Of a stretch of DNA of 33,481 nt, positions 12,684 through 24,769 are shown piece after piece (the stretch's first letter is position 1; each line of letters opens with the position of its first letter). Source of the DNA: Octopus bimaculoides. Lineage: Eukaryota. The translations under genes and the position numbers were made by a program. Under the pieces are notes generated by a model. That model made no database searches. It saw nothing but the letters and a program-made list of their open reading frames with translations, and was not told where the DNA came from. The stretch covers positions 47,223,574-47,257,054 of the forward strand of contig NC_068994.1 of assembly GCF_001194135.2 (NCBI RefSeq), given 5' to 3'.

Positions 12684-12960
12684 ACCTATTAACCTTTTAT
12701 CCCTAAAAATTGTTACTGTTTTTAAATAGAGATTTTTTAGCTACTAGGTCAATGTGAGATGGCTATACTATATCTATATAAACGTATAAATATTTGTATA
12801 TGTGTATATGTGTATATATGTGCATAACCTATTAACCTCTTATCCCTTATAAATTGTTATGTTTCTTGTTCATAAATAGATACCTTTTAGTTACTTAAGT
12901 CTATGTGAGATGGTTATACTATATCCATGTAAATGTATAAATATTTATGTATGTGTGCAT
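12684..12960. repeat. Diverged tandem duplication, period ~143 bp
   Basis: ACCTATTAACC at 12684 and 12827. ATGTGAGATGG.TATACTATATC and TATAAATATTT also recur. Confidence 0.8.
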
Positions 12961-13848
12961 GTATGCAGATAGATAAATATGTGTGTGTATCTGTACACTA
13001 ATTTTTTTTTTATTCTTGGCTTATAATTAATATATAGATATCATGTTTATCTTTCCAGTATTCCATAAGTAAATGCTCAGAGCAGTCTTTATAGAAACCA
13101 CCCAATAAGTAAATAATCAAGTACATAAATGAATATTAAACTGATTCTATGTAACCTTTCCTTTTTGATGTTGAAAATTGATATATATATATACACATTT
13201 TACCTATTTTGGTTATGATATCATTTTTGATACTCTCAAATTTTATCTTTATACAACATAACAATATTGTTTATAAACAACCACCCATAGTACCCCATGA
13301 TAAAATTTCCTCTCTATTAACATCATAGGTTTTATTACCTTTAACTGGTAATTGACATCATGATTTAGGGTCTTCCCCTACCCAGCCTCCTTTATAGGCA
13401 GTTACTTTCTACCCAATTTACTACTCCTAATATCTTGACAATATTTATGACCATACCCAACCATGAGCTGTCAACTCTCTCTTGCCCTTCATTCCAAACA
13501 GACACAGTCCTCTAGTCTTAGATTTAGTAGTTGATAACAGATGAATATATTAGAAATGAACCACGATCCTTTACAAGCTATGACCCCAGTAAGCTTCATG
13601 CTTTTCTTCAAAGTGTAGTATATTTTTAGCTACAATAGCAACAACATGGATTTCTTCCATCTTCTTGCTCTGATAAAGTATTTGAGTAAAATTATATTAG
13701 TGTGTCTGACTGATTAAAATTCTACTTATTTGTGCAGCTGATGATAGCCCAGAATTTAAGTTAATGTAATGATTGCTTTATTCAATTAAATAGAGCCACT
13801 TGAGACAGTCAAACTGCATCACTTCTTGATATCCTGTTGCTTATTTTG

Positions 13849-13851
<3 letters not shown>

Positions 13852-13906
<55 letters not shown>
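13852..13906. repeat. (AC)n microsatellite
   Basis: Pure dinucleotide run. Confidence 0.98.
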
Positions 13907-13908
<2 letters not shown>

Positions 13909-14144
13909 GACACAAGCTTATGTACACACACATACACATACACTGAGACAAGCTTGCACACACACACACACACGTGTCTTTCTGAAATTCTGTTAATTTT
14001 GGCATTAAATTCATTATCATTCTTGAAGGGGAATGTTTTGAGGAAGAGTAACAACATTATTCCAGATATGTAACTTGGCAAGAAATAGATATGGTGAAGG
14101 CTATGCTTTGTGAATAGGGTGTTCTAAACATGGATGAAAAATAA

Positions 14145-14555
14145 GAGGGAATTTAATAAAAAATTACATAAAGAAAATATTACTAGTTTCGATGTATCTC
14201 ATCTTGTCAGATATCAGTAAAAATTTATAAAAATTTGAAGTAAAAACAGTTTATCTTCTGTCTAGGGGTCAAGAAGATGTCTGGAGATTTCTTTTAGACA
14301 AAATATTTTTTAGATAAAAGATTTCTTTTAGACAATAGACACCCCTTCTCTCAATCTCTAACACTTTGAACTCTATACCAAACTATATTTAAAGGTGACT
14401 TCAACAAAAATTCTCCAGATATGTTCTTGACCCCCAGACAGAAGATAAACTGTTTTTGCTTCAAATTCTTATAAATTTTTACTGATATTTGATAAGAAGA
14501 GATATATCGAAACCGGTAATATTTTCTTTATGTAATTTTTTTATTAAATTCCCTC
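14145..14555. mobile_element. MITE with ~143-bp TIRs (Sola3- or Kolobok-like ends)
   Basis: Inverted arms 14145-14287 and 14412-14555 start GAGGG and end CCCTC. Flanks are ATAA (left) and TTAA (right). Confidence 0.8.
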
Positions 14556-15088
14556 TTAAAATGATGAACATTGTAGAAAATGAAGGAGAGTATATTTTAG
14601 ATTAAAATATACTCTTTATGGGATGACTCAATATATATATTTATACACACACACACACACATATACATACTGTTATGATTTTATGTAATTATGTAGATTG
14701 TAAAAAGGCTTTCTGGTGTATTTTATAGTTTTCAGATACAGCTGTTTGTTTACCTAAAATGGCCACAGAATTTGCATCTGTTTCGTCTGACTGTGCATTT
14801 AAATTATAATAAAGTGTTATTAGAATATTAAATGGAAAGTAAAAATGAGTGAATTCAATATTAATCAGGTGAATATATTGAGTAATTGTTTAAATATGTA
14901 GACTCTTCTTTTGCTTGAATATCTGGATTTGTGCTGGGTATTAATAGTGTATATTTCTATCTTACTGAATAAGTATGAATTAAGGTATGTATATTGTTTT
15001 CAAGAGCTGGTCGAATTGTAAGCAAATAAAAGCCTGTAGCTTACACTTGAGTGAAATTCCTCTCCTCTCTATTATATATACATACATA

Positions 15089-16065
15089 TGAACGTAGTAG
15101 ATAACAGCTAGCCTTTGGCCGCATTTTGGACCCTGTTGTGTCCACTACTCTGATTGGTTGGTATTGGTGCAACTTGTCTCTTGCTCTATCATATGCCAAT
15201 ATGCAACTCAACCAATCACAGCCTTCAAATAAGGTCACAGGTGACAGCCTGTTTTCTACCTCAGCTGAGCCTACAACTCCTTATAAAAAATCTAACTTTT
15301 CCTTGTCTTGATGTCTTCCAGTTCTAGACTTTTTAAGGTCTGGCCACTGACCACACAAGGCACTGCCAGTTCCAGCGACAACACAACAGCAGCGACGTGG
15401 AGACTCACCAACTTCGTCCAACAGCATTCGGCAATCTCCATCTTAGTTGTCACCATTCGTCTTAAAGTCAACATCTCTCTACATACTTGCCCAGGTTACA
15501 GCACTGCACTGTTCGTGAACTACTTCACCATGGATCAACAGTGAATATACAACCTGTGAGAACTCCTGTACCAAGTGACCCAAGCAGCAGCATCACAGCC
15601 ACAACTTCACATGTGACATGTACCGCAATCGGCTCTGCATCATCGCCGCAACTTCTTGATATAGTATTTCAACTATCGTGTACAACTGACTATGAACTGA
15701 TATTTATCATTCTTGTGTCTATGAACTTACTCCTCACTTTGATGGCTATAGACTCTTTCACTGTCTCTTCTTCATCGCCATCCTTATATGTTCTTAACAC
15801 GCATACGTCTATGCCTACAAACACACGCATACATCTTATTCTTATGACAGCCTGTCTATTATTCTGTATATATGACGCACACACAATCACATATGTTAAC
15901 ATATCAATAAATCTTCTCTTAAACATTCTTCCCGGTTGTGTCTCTTACTTCCCTCTGGCACATACATGCATTGTTCTATTTATATTCATTATATCGACCG
16001 TGTGATGTACTAAGGAGCCATTCTCATCACCTCGCTTCGTACGGATGTCACAATTTGGCGACCCA
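15089..16065 (+). mobile_element. LTR (Ty3/Gypsy-like) plus primer-binding site; internal region truncated
   Basis: Four CCAAT/ATTGG boxes (15153-15216), TATAAAA at 15282 and AATAAA at 15906. It ends ...GTCACA at 16052, then 3 nt, then PBS-like TGGCGACCCA (16056-16065). The 5' boundary is uncertain. Confidence 0.6.
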
Positions 16066-16202
16066 TTCCAGCTCCAGGAAACTACAAAACAATTATAATG
16101 GGAGAAGGAGATACTCCACAGGTATGTAAACATTCATGCCCATTATAAACCTAAGTTCACTGCTTTCTTTTTTGTACTGCCAGTATACTTTACATACATA
16201 AT

Positions 16203-16233
<31 letters not shown>

Positions 16234-16506
16234 TGTTTGTATATAAGTATCTCTATATATTGAACCCACACACACATACACTTATTTATATATATGTGTG
16301 TGTGCATTCTTGTGCATGTATCTGTATATATGTGTATTCCAGTTTTCAAAATAAGTACACCTTATTCCTGCATGCTTGTAAGGGGTTTAAAAAGAAAAAC
16401 TGACATCAGAAAGGGTGCCAAGCCATAAAACACTGCCTCAAAAAAATCTTCTTCAATATCATATGCCAGCAAAGAAAAGCAGATGTAAAAATGAAGGTGA
16501 TGTTTT

Positions 16507-16543
<37 letters not shown>

Positions 16544-16926
16544 TCATTAATGGTGAACTGTAGGGTTTCTTGAAATTTATATTGTATCCGTTTGGCTCAA
16601 AAATATGGTTTTTAATAGCTTTTTAGGCAGTCCCTTTAGATGTGTTAGTTTGTGTCTATAGGTAGAAAGGTAAAAGCAAGATGTAAAAACAAGCAGCTGT
16701 TTTGTGAATGAAAAAAGAAATCATAATACAATGTTAATATGTATAAATTATCAATTGGCTGGGTCTTGTGTGGATTTGGTGGTGGTTTTACACTTGAATA
16801 AGTATAAATGTTTGTTTGTGACTAAGAGATTCGTTGGTCCATAGAATTCATGTGTAAGTACACACATAAATACCATATACTTATATCCTACTGGTAAAAT
16901 GGAATTCAATACAATCACTTTCATAA

Positions 16927-17458
16927 CTCTTTAGTGTTCAAACCAACCAAAACAAGCCAAAATTAATTCCTTTGTATTTATTCAAACCATCTGGCCATAT
17001 CTGACTGCTTTATGAAATTGTTAAAAAAATAAACAAATCATGTTATTGAATTCTCGTACCTTTGAGATAATGCGAAATGAAGCCTTTTCCACTTTTATTC
17101 AAGTATAAATACTCTGAAATTGTTTAGACCACATGGTTTTTCCAATGTTTGTTCAACATTCTTGTGAGATGAAGTTTGTTTATTACTGTTGTTTGAATTG
17201 TTGATTATTCTGTGCTGTTTTGCAGCAGTTTTCTAGTTGTGCTTTCTCTCGATAAAATCAAGAGAAACCATGGCAAAAAGGATGTTTTATTCAGACCTTA
17301 GTGGTTCTGAATTGTTCTCTTCAGAGGAGGAACTGGTTCTTGTAGTCGGTAGAATGGATGAATGTCTAAAAAAGAAGAGGTTCACTGAAGCGACAGAAAT
17401 AAAGAAAAAGGAAGTGGACATTTCAAATACTGAAAGATATGAAAAAAGTGGCATGTAG
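16927..17458 (+). mobile_element. Possible 5' end of a piggyBac-like transposon with an N-terminal ORF stub
   Basis: TAA-CTCTTTAG end resembles TTAA-CCCTTTAG. Patchy similarity to the reverse complement of the 2496-2715 MITE (TTCAAAC..CTGGCC, AAAAATAAACAA). The acidic stub MAKRMFYSDLSGSELFSSEEE follows. Confidence 0.35.
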
Positions 17459-17685
17459 AGTGGGTGGTGATGTTAAGCTGTCACTACCCCAGAAGATAAT
17501 GGACAAAATAGACAGGAAGACTGTAACATACAAGGTGTATTTGGTGGAGGAAAGGAAAATTGAACACGTAGACACTCAGTCTGGCAAGATTTAACATATC
17601 TGGTAAGAGGGAACAAATTTGGAACCATTATAGTCCATTAAAAGATGGAAGCCAAAGCTAAGGAAAATGTGACAAACACAGTAAC

Positions 17686-18330
17686 CATCATCATCATTTA
17701 ACGTCCATTTTCCATGCTGGCATGGGCTGGATGGTTTACTCTTTTACTTGTTTCAGTCATTTGACTGTGGCCATGCTGGAGCACCACCTTTAGTCGAGCA
17801 AATCGACCCAAGGACTTATTCTTTGCAAGCCTAGTACTTATTCTATCGGTCTCTTGTGCGGAACCACTGAGTTATGGGGACGTAAACACACCAGCATCGG
17901 TTGTCAAGCAATGTTGGGGGGGGGGGACACAAACACACACATATATACAACAGGCTTCTTTCAGTTTCTGTCTACAAAATCCACTCACAAGGCTTTGGTC
18001 GGCCTGAGGCTATAGTAGAAGACACTTGCCAAAGGTTCCACGCAGTGGGACTGAACCCAGAACCCTGTGATTCGTAAGCAAGCTACTTACCACACAGCCA
18101 CTCCTACACCTATAACAAGAAATGGCAAGCTAGAGAGCTTCACCAGGCTTCAGTTGTTTGTTTTGGTATAGTTTCTAGGGCTGGATGCCCTTCTTAATGC
18201 CAACCACTTTGCAGATTGTACTGGGTGCTTTTTTTATGTGGCACTGGCACAGGTGATTTTCATGCTGTGTCAGCCTCAGTGCTTTTCACATAATGCCAAC
18301 CTGGATGCTTTTCACATGGCACCAGCACGG
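17686..18330 (-). mobile_element. 3' end of an RTE-type LINE, interrupted by a SINE
   Basis: (CAT)n tail then TTTAACGTCCATTTTCCATGCTGGCATGGG. The sequence resumes after 18113 with GGCTGGATGCCCTTC..AATGCCAACCAC. It is the reverse-complement homologue of 9750-9938. Confidence 0.7.
17737..18113 (-). mobile_element. tRNA-derived SINE family 1, near full length
   Basis: Collinear reverse-complement match to 1748-2126. Head AGGAGTGGCTGTGTGGTAAG...GGGTTCAGTCCC. Confidence 0.85.
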
Positions 18331-18907
18331 ATGCTTTGCTAATAACTAGATTATATATTATGCACTTTACTCTGTTTAGTTATGTGCATGGTCCCCTGTC
18401 TGTGGAAAACAGTTTGTGCATGGAATCAGTCTATGGTACAGAAAAGGTTGGCGATTGCTATTTTGTTTGACTTATGGGTGATGGATGAAGGATGTACTAC
18501 AAGAAAAATTATGAAAACAGTGGGAAGTGCAGTTACTCAGAACTGACTCTGAAAGATACAGACAATAGAATAAAAGCAAGAAATCTAAAAGGTGTGAAAT
18601 GAGGCTTTCCAAAAGAAGACAGCCACCTTTGGTGCAATAATAGAACCTGACAAGACAAGATTACTCTTAATTACTGAAGGTCAGCGACTTCTCTTAGCTG
18701 TGTTCTCTTGTTTATATATTTAAGTGTTAAGACACTACCAGTTAAACGAGTGTTTTTATTTACAATGCAATACAATAACGCCCACTTTCCATTAAAGTTG
18801 TGAGGGTTTACATAGAAGTGAATGATATGTAAATATATGGTACGTAACATTAAAAAGAAAGAGAAATGGCAATGAAAATGATGCAATCCTCCTGGTACAG
18901 GAGGATT

Positions 18908-19330
18908 GTGAAAAGTCTCTCCGAAAAGATACAAAAAATATGTGAAAGGGCACCCCGAAAAGATATAAAAGATATGCGGCCCCTATGACATCAGGACAGT
19001 GTTCAAGAGTAATACAACACTTTGCAAATATCTCCTTCGAATAAAACCACCAATAGAAGAGAATATGACCAAAGACTGCATGTAGACCATCCCATGCAGC
19101 TGTGGTAGGTTATACAAAGGCGAAACATGTCGCTTCCTCAAAATAAAGGTAGATGAACATGGCAAAGCTGTGACATGGGGAGATATTGATAAATTGGGTA
19201 TAGCTGATCATGTATAGAAAAATGGAGACCACCTCCCCGTGTAGGATGAAGTTAAAATAATAGATAGAGAACACCACTGGAAAATACGAAAACTAAAAGA
19301 AGCAGCACATATGTTAGATTTATAAGCCCT
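18908..19330 (+). pseudogene. Penelope-like element linker and GIY-YIG endonuclease remnant (IPCSC type)
   Basis: One frame: ICGPYDIRTVFKS...DCM*TIPCSCGRLYKGETCRFLKIKVDEH...GIADHV*KNGDH..*DEVKIIDREHHWKIRKLKEAAHM, with three in-frame stops. A 34-bp tandem duplication lies at 18908-18975. Confidence 0.85.
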
Positions 19331-19354
19331 AAAATTCATTCCATAATTGCCCAT

Positions 19355-19633
19355 GGGCATATGGTGTAGGGGTTAAGAGCATGGGCTACTAACCCCAAGA
19401 TTCCGAGTTCAATTCCAGGCAGTGACCTGAATAATAATAATAATAATAATAACATCGAAACATACCTTAGGAATGAGAACCCAGGTTCAAAATTTCCAAG
19501 ACACCTGATGAAGGCTGGAGGGTATATCAGCCGAAACATTGTGTTAACAACAAACAAGATGAGGACAAATATCCGTCAAATGTAAACAATGTAAATAATG
19601 TACATAATTCCTCATCTCTAAAATATCGAACTG
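19355..19633 (+). mobile_element. tRNA-like head + (TAA)n + hammerhead module (family A) directly 3' of the PLE remnant
   Basis: A-box-like TGGTGTAGGGG, B-box GAGTTCAATTCC, (TAA)n, hammerhead, and 3' end ...AAATATCGAACTG. Homologous to both arms of 25902-26354. Confidence 0.85.
19500..19545 (+). ncRNA. Type-I minimal hammerhead (family A), stem III mutated
   Basis: GACAC-CTGATGA-A-GGCTG-GAGGGTATAT-CAGCC-GAAAC-ATT-GTGTT. G16.2 is changed to A (CpG-type transition). Confidence 0.7.
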
Positions 19634-19779
19634 GAGTGGATTCTAGTCCAGAGGGTGAGTTAGTGAGTGTTCTAGGGTCACACCATAAATACCAGTTAGA
19701 GTTTTGTATATTGTTTTTTTCTTGGGGTCATTCACCAGCTGAAAGTCAGTGACCTTTCTTCCATCCTTCATAATACAAT

Positions 19780-20370
19780 AACATTTACAAAACCATACAG
19801 TCACCATTATGCAAACTTGGAAACAGTACAACACCCTGGCACAGAAAGAGACATGATAACAATGTTATTGAGATTGTGCACTAGAATTTCAGGAAGAAAC
19901 TTAAGTAGAAGACAGGAAAAAAGTGGAATATTATGAGTACCATTTAACACAGTGGTAGAGTCAAATGAAGTTTAACTATTCTGGGGCTAATGTGATCACA
20001 AGAGAGAAGAGCTGGTATTTTATTATTATAAAAAAGGAAAGACTTTGATGGATAAATAATATAGTATCACTTGAGGATAACAGAGTATATCTGAATAAAG
20101 AACAAAACAGATTTAGCTGTATCAAAACTTGAAGAGAGAACTTGAAGTGAGATATTACGTGCGGAACATAGAAAAGGTTGAAGTCATACCAGTTGCCAGG
20201 GGTTCTTTGGAAACAGTAACAACTAACGTAGAAATGGGAATTGCAAAATTTGGAATTGAGATTTATAAAAACCATATTCAGGAAATCACATTGTAAGGAA
20301 TAATTTGGGAAGGATTTAAAAATATAAAAATCTAAGATACTCTTAGTCATTTGTTATGATTTGCTGTTTC
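19780..20370 (+). pseudogene. R4/Dong-type LINE C-terminal zinc knuckle and restriction-like endonuclease remnant
   Basis: Frameshifted PLCK..ETVQH..LAQKE..RHDNNVIEIVH, EDNRV, LKRELEV, KVEVIPV and GIEIYKNHIQEITL*G, followed by a microsatellite-like tail. Confidence 0.65.
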
Positions 20371-21093
20371 AATATTGGAAGTCAGCATAAGATTGAAATG
20401 GTGACAGCAGCAACAGCAGCAACAACAACGGAAATAACAATCGAAATCATGATAAGAGTTGTGCTTCTCTGTCCATTTGTTTGCCCATCATATGCTATCC
20501 TCAGATTAAGATGGTTTTCAAGTAACTTAAGAGAAATGAAATAAAAACAGACAATTTATCAATTCATTCAATCATTGAATCCACTTATGCAGCATTTGGG
20601 AAAATATATGGTTTGTATGTTATTTTTGGTCAAGGTTTTAAATTTTTCTGTTGAATACTGCCAAGAAACGCCTCTCCACCCCCCAAAAGCAGCCCTGAAT
20701 ACTTCACTCTCACTACAACAATAGACTGTGTGATGAAAAGGAAAAAAATAATGATGGGAAACAGCATGAAGAAAGAGAAAGGAAACAAAAATAGCAACAG
20801 ATTTATTAAATTCTTTAGTCAGTAAAACAGCTCGTGCAGTTATAAACCTATTTTGACTTAATAAATGCATTCCCTCCTACCATTTGAAACAACTTAATTT
20901 TATAAAAACCTTCAGTCAGAAAAACAGTCAAATATCATACACTTAAATATTAGTGATATAAAATTTTTTTAAAATCATGTAGATAGTCCTTATTGTGAAT
21001 AAAAATATTTCCTTGAAATTTATCATTTACTACTTTGATATATTTGAGAAAATGTTTGACTGAAATGTTATATTAATATTGTTGACAAAATTA

Positions 21094-21307
21094 GGGTGGT
21101 GAACTGGCAGAATCATGACCACACTGGGCAAAATGCTTAGCAGTGTTTTGTCTGCTTTTACATTCCGAGTTCAAATTCCACCAAGGTCAATATTGCCTTT
21201 CGTCCTTTTGGGGTCGATAAAAGAAGTACCAGTTGAGTATTGGGGTCGATATAATTGACTAACCCCCATCTCCTGAACTTGCTGGCCTTGTGTCAAAATT
21301 AGAAATC
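21094..21307 (+). mobile_element. tRNA-derived SINE family 2 with TSD
   Basis: Head GGTGGTGAACTGGCAGAATC, B-box GAGTTCAAATTCC. Flanked by AATATTGTTGACAAAATTA (21075-21093) and AATATTGCTGACAAAAATTA (21308-21327). Confidence 0.85.
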
Positions 21308-22510
21308 AATATTGCTGACAAAAATTATTATAAAAAATTCCTTTTGACATTCATTGTTTGCCCCAAATCTTGCTAACATACACATGCATATTTACTAATA
21401 TGAAAGCGTTTATGTGGTTTCTTGATCTGCTAGAAACAATCACCAAATCTTCTTCAAATCAGAAAGAAACATCATAATGATAAAAACAGAACCTTGAGAA
21501 GGAATGTTATTTATTGAAAAGTCATTTAAGTAAATGCAAATATTGCACAATGGTATATATTGAGTTTACAGAATATGAAATAAAATATTTTAAAAATAAA
21601 CATCTCTGGTTAAATGATATTAAAATATATATATATATATCTAAAACCTTTGTTGAGAAAGATAACATAATTCGCAATTTTTTGGAAACTGTGCATCAAC
21701 CCATCAGAGGGGTCATTCCTATTCTTGTATAGTACACCCAGCCCATGACCTGGTTTAATACAACCACCTGGTCTTAGGGTACCTTTAGTAGGAAAGACTC
21801 TGTTGCAAAGCCAGATCTCCAGTCCAAAGTTCCTCTTTTCTGTACCACAAGCCTCAAAGCACCTGAAAGCATCATGTGTAGTATCTTCCTTCCTCCAATC
21901 AACAGAGAAAAATACATACGTAAATTGCTATCAGAAATGCAATAAACTAGTAATTGAAACTACTAAAACTAGTAATTTAAAACCTATAATCAACAAAACT
22001 ATTGCTAATGAATAGTAATATCAAACATTTAAATAAATATGTTGTACATAAAGTTTTCAATCTGTTGGAAGGCATGTTTTAAGTTCCTTTATCAGCATGA
22101 ACTCTTATGAAATATTTGTATGAAATAACAATGGAACAATGCTTGTTTAGGTTTTAGATACATACGCAAAATAAATGATGAGATAAGACATGTTATTGTT
22201 TTTCATCAAGGACAGAGAATTTGTTTTTAATGTAGAATGATAAGAGTAAATATAAGTGAATGAGATATTTCTTTAGATAACTGTTTGGAAAGGGAAACAA
22301 AAATTCCAAAAATACAATTAGTCAAGTAAAATATTGTGTAGACAATAGTGATGGTAGTAGTGGTGGTGGTTGAATTAAGAGTGTTTTAAAAGCTGTATGG
22401 CCTTACATATTTATTGGAGGATAATCCATAAATGAGCATCAAAATTTACTGTTCCTTCTCAGACCATTCTACCATCAGTTCACTATCTGGTACAATGAGG
22501 GAGACTTTAA

Positions 22511-22560
22511 CCCTTTAGCATTCAGGTTACTCTGTTATATGTAATGCCTATTAATCCATG
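22511..22560 (+). mobile_element. One end of the piggyBac-like MITE
   Basis: TTAA-CCCTTTAGCATTCAGGTTACTCTG matches the left end of 2496-2715. Confidence 0.7.
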
Positions 22561-22789
22561 ATCCAAAAACGATCTGACTAGGACCTAACTTTCAACTTAG
22601 ATAGTTCAATAGTTCAAAACCTAAAAGTTTTGAATATATAAATATCCAAGATAGTAATTATAGTGTATTTCCCTTCCTTTTTCTACTCCCACCCACATCA
22701 CTTCACCCTTAATGTGTACCAATACTTGGGCCCCATTTCTGCATTAGGAACAGTGTCAGTAAATTATTATTGTACCAGTTGAGCACTGA

Positions 22790-24718
22790 GGTTAAAGTAA
22801 TTTCAGTATTGGATTGATGTTAAGCCTCTGTCACCTTGTTTTCATTTTAGGTAGAAACGGTCTACGTCACTGTTTATGTGGAAATTATGTGTGCTTGTTA
22901 GTATTTTTTGGGGTTTTCACATCAATGGCTTGGATCTCATCAAGTGTTCAATCAAGCAGCCAAATGTTGGTATAAGTACTGGCACTGCAAATACATTGTG
23001 GGCCACTGTTTTATTGAATGCAGAGAGTTCTGGGGTCCAAACTTTCTTATTTGACTGTAATATTATTTAGTGATACATGTTTTGTTACAGGTGCCATTGT
23101 AAGATATCTTTTCATTCACCCTTAGATACATGTAACATTCCTCGTCAGATACAGGGGATACAGTCAAATCATTGATGGAGATGTTGCTAGTCTGGTTTAT
23201 AGTTTTCCATTTTCACAACCATATAACAACGTTTATTCTGACCAAACTCCAACCCTCCATCTTTTGAGAATGTTGTAACTAGGTCAAGGCTCTTTTTCAT
23301 CTCATCCATAGTTTCAAGTCATCCACAGAGAAACAGTGTGTAATTTTGGTATTATTGTTTCCTTGTGAACCAGTGAGATATCCTTCAGACTTCCTTAACA
23401 TGAATGACAAAGGGTTTACAGAAAGTATAAACAACATCACAGAGAAGTGTTCTCCTTGGAATATGCCTTTGCCATACTGTATTCTATCAGTGATAGTACA
23501 GTCACTCTTTGTATTTAATTTCAAGATGGTGGCCCACAATGAAGTCAGGTTAGTTATGGCATTGATGATGCTCACTGGAACTTTAGCAAATTGAAGGGGT
23601 TCTAGCATCCATGAGGTGGGGACAGATTCAAAGGCTTTCTTGTAGTCTAGTCACATTGAAACTAGGTTCCTCCTATGCTCTTGCACCTCTGACATCACAG
23701 TTTTGTTGATTAATAATTGGTCAGCACATCCCCAGCCACCCTTCTTCCCAGCTGCTTGTTCTGCTGTGATGATGTTACTGGATTCACATTGATCCAGGAG
23801 GAAGAGGTTTAAGCATGCTGCATATATCTTATACATTAAGTTCTGGCATGCAATTGGCCAATAGTTTTTTGCCATGTGGGTGGCTCTGCATTTCGGGATC
23901 AATTTTGTCTCTGCCAGAGATAACCAGTGTGGTATGCTACTATTCCCATTGACTGCTTGCTGGTACAGATTGATAAGATATGGTCGGTAGAAGGTTAGCT
24001 TCTTGTATCTATCTCCAACAATCAAATCTCTTCTAGGTGATCCCTAAACTCCAGAATGGAGTTTTGGGATCACAGTTGCAAGAGTTTCACCATTAATGAT
24101 GTATGTCTTGGGTGTAATGCAGGAACAATAACTTCTTTGGATTTCTTCCAGCCACATATCATCTTGGTTAAACTCCTTTTCTTCCCTCCAGATTTTACCC
24201 CAGAAGGAGTCTATGTCTTCTTGTGACAGAGCTTCTGTGATGTTCAATGCTCCTTCTCTCATGTCTCTGTATACTGCTGCTTGGTTCTGGTTAAATCATT
24301 TGCTTATTGCTCTCCTCTCGGTTATTTTCTTCTGATGTCAGAATTTTCCACTGACAGCTTTTAGCTCCTGCTTGAGGGTAATCCGTTTACAAGAGAGTGT
24401 CCTCTTTTTGCTGTCTCCAAACATCATTTCTATCTCCTTCTTTACTTTTTGTTGGTGGGATGTATAGTGATTTGCTTGTTTGCATGCAATAAGCAAAATT
24501 ACATGACTGATGGTCTTCCATAAACTTTTTCTCTGTCTTCAAAACCCATGATGGTACTTTTTTGTTGCTTTGGTTTTGTTTACTTTTTGAATATCATTCA
24601 TGTACTGCTTTTCAGTAGTAGCCAGAGCTTATAGACAAGCGTTAATCTGCCAGAATGTGGGTTCGTCACACTGCTGTAAATACTCATCACCAATTTCATT
24701 AACAGCTTCTAATATCAT
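22790..24718 (-). pseudogene. R4/Dong-clade non-LTR retrotransposon reverse transcriptase remnant
   Basis: Frameshifted motifs in order: FWGKIW, TKLIPK..KNYWPIAC.NLMYKI, EQAAGKKG.WGCADQLLINK, LDYKKAFESVP, GIFQG..S..LFILSVNPLS, SVDDLKL, LEFG.NK, and thumb FAVPVL..DVK..SDVDRFYL..GDRGL. Confidence 0.85.
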
Positions 24719-24769
24719 ATGTATGTATGTATGTATGTATAAATAATGGTTTGAAATGTTGCCACAGTA

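Noticed and set aside
13738-13765. CTGATGA downstream of the first PLE remnant
   Set aside because: No stem II or GAAA can be formed.
14736-14815. Possible plus-strand last exon with AATAAA
   Set aside because: Short, unrecognised, and such signals are common in AT-rich DNA.
15487-16005. 172-aa ORF
   Set aside because: It lies in the LTR-like segment and has no recognisable domain.
19643-19834. Minus-strand ORF/exon VLYCFQV...
   Set aside because: It partly overlaps the R4 remnant antisense, and no recognisable protein.
20388-20528. Minus-strand terminal exon with a hydrophobic, GPI/TM-like tail (LLENH...VVVAAVAAVTISILC)
   Set aside because: The hydrophobic run comes from a GTT/GCT microsatellite at the tail of the R4 remnant, and the acceptor is AAG.
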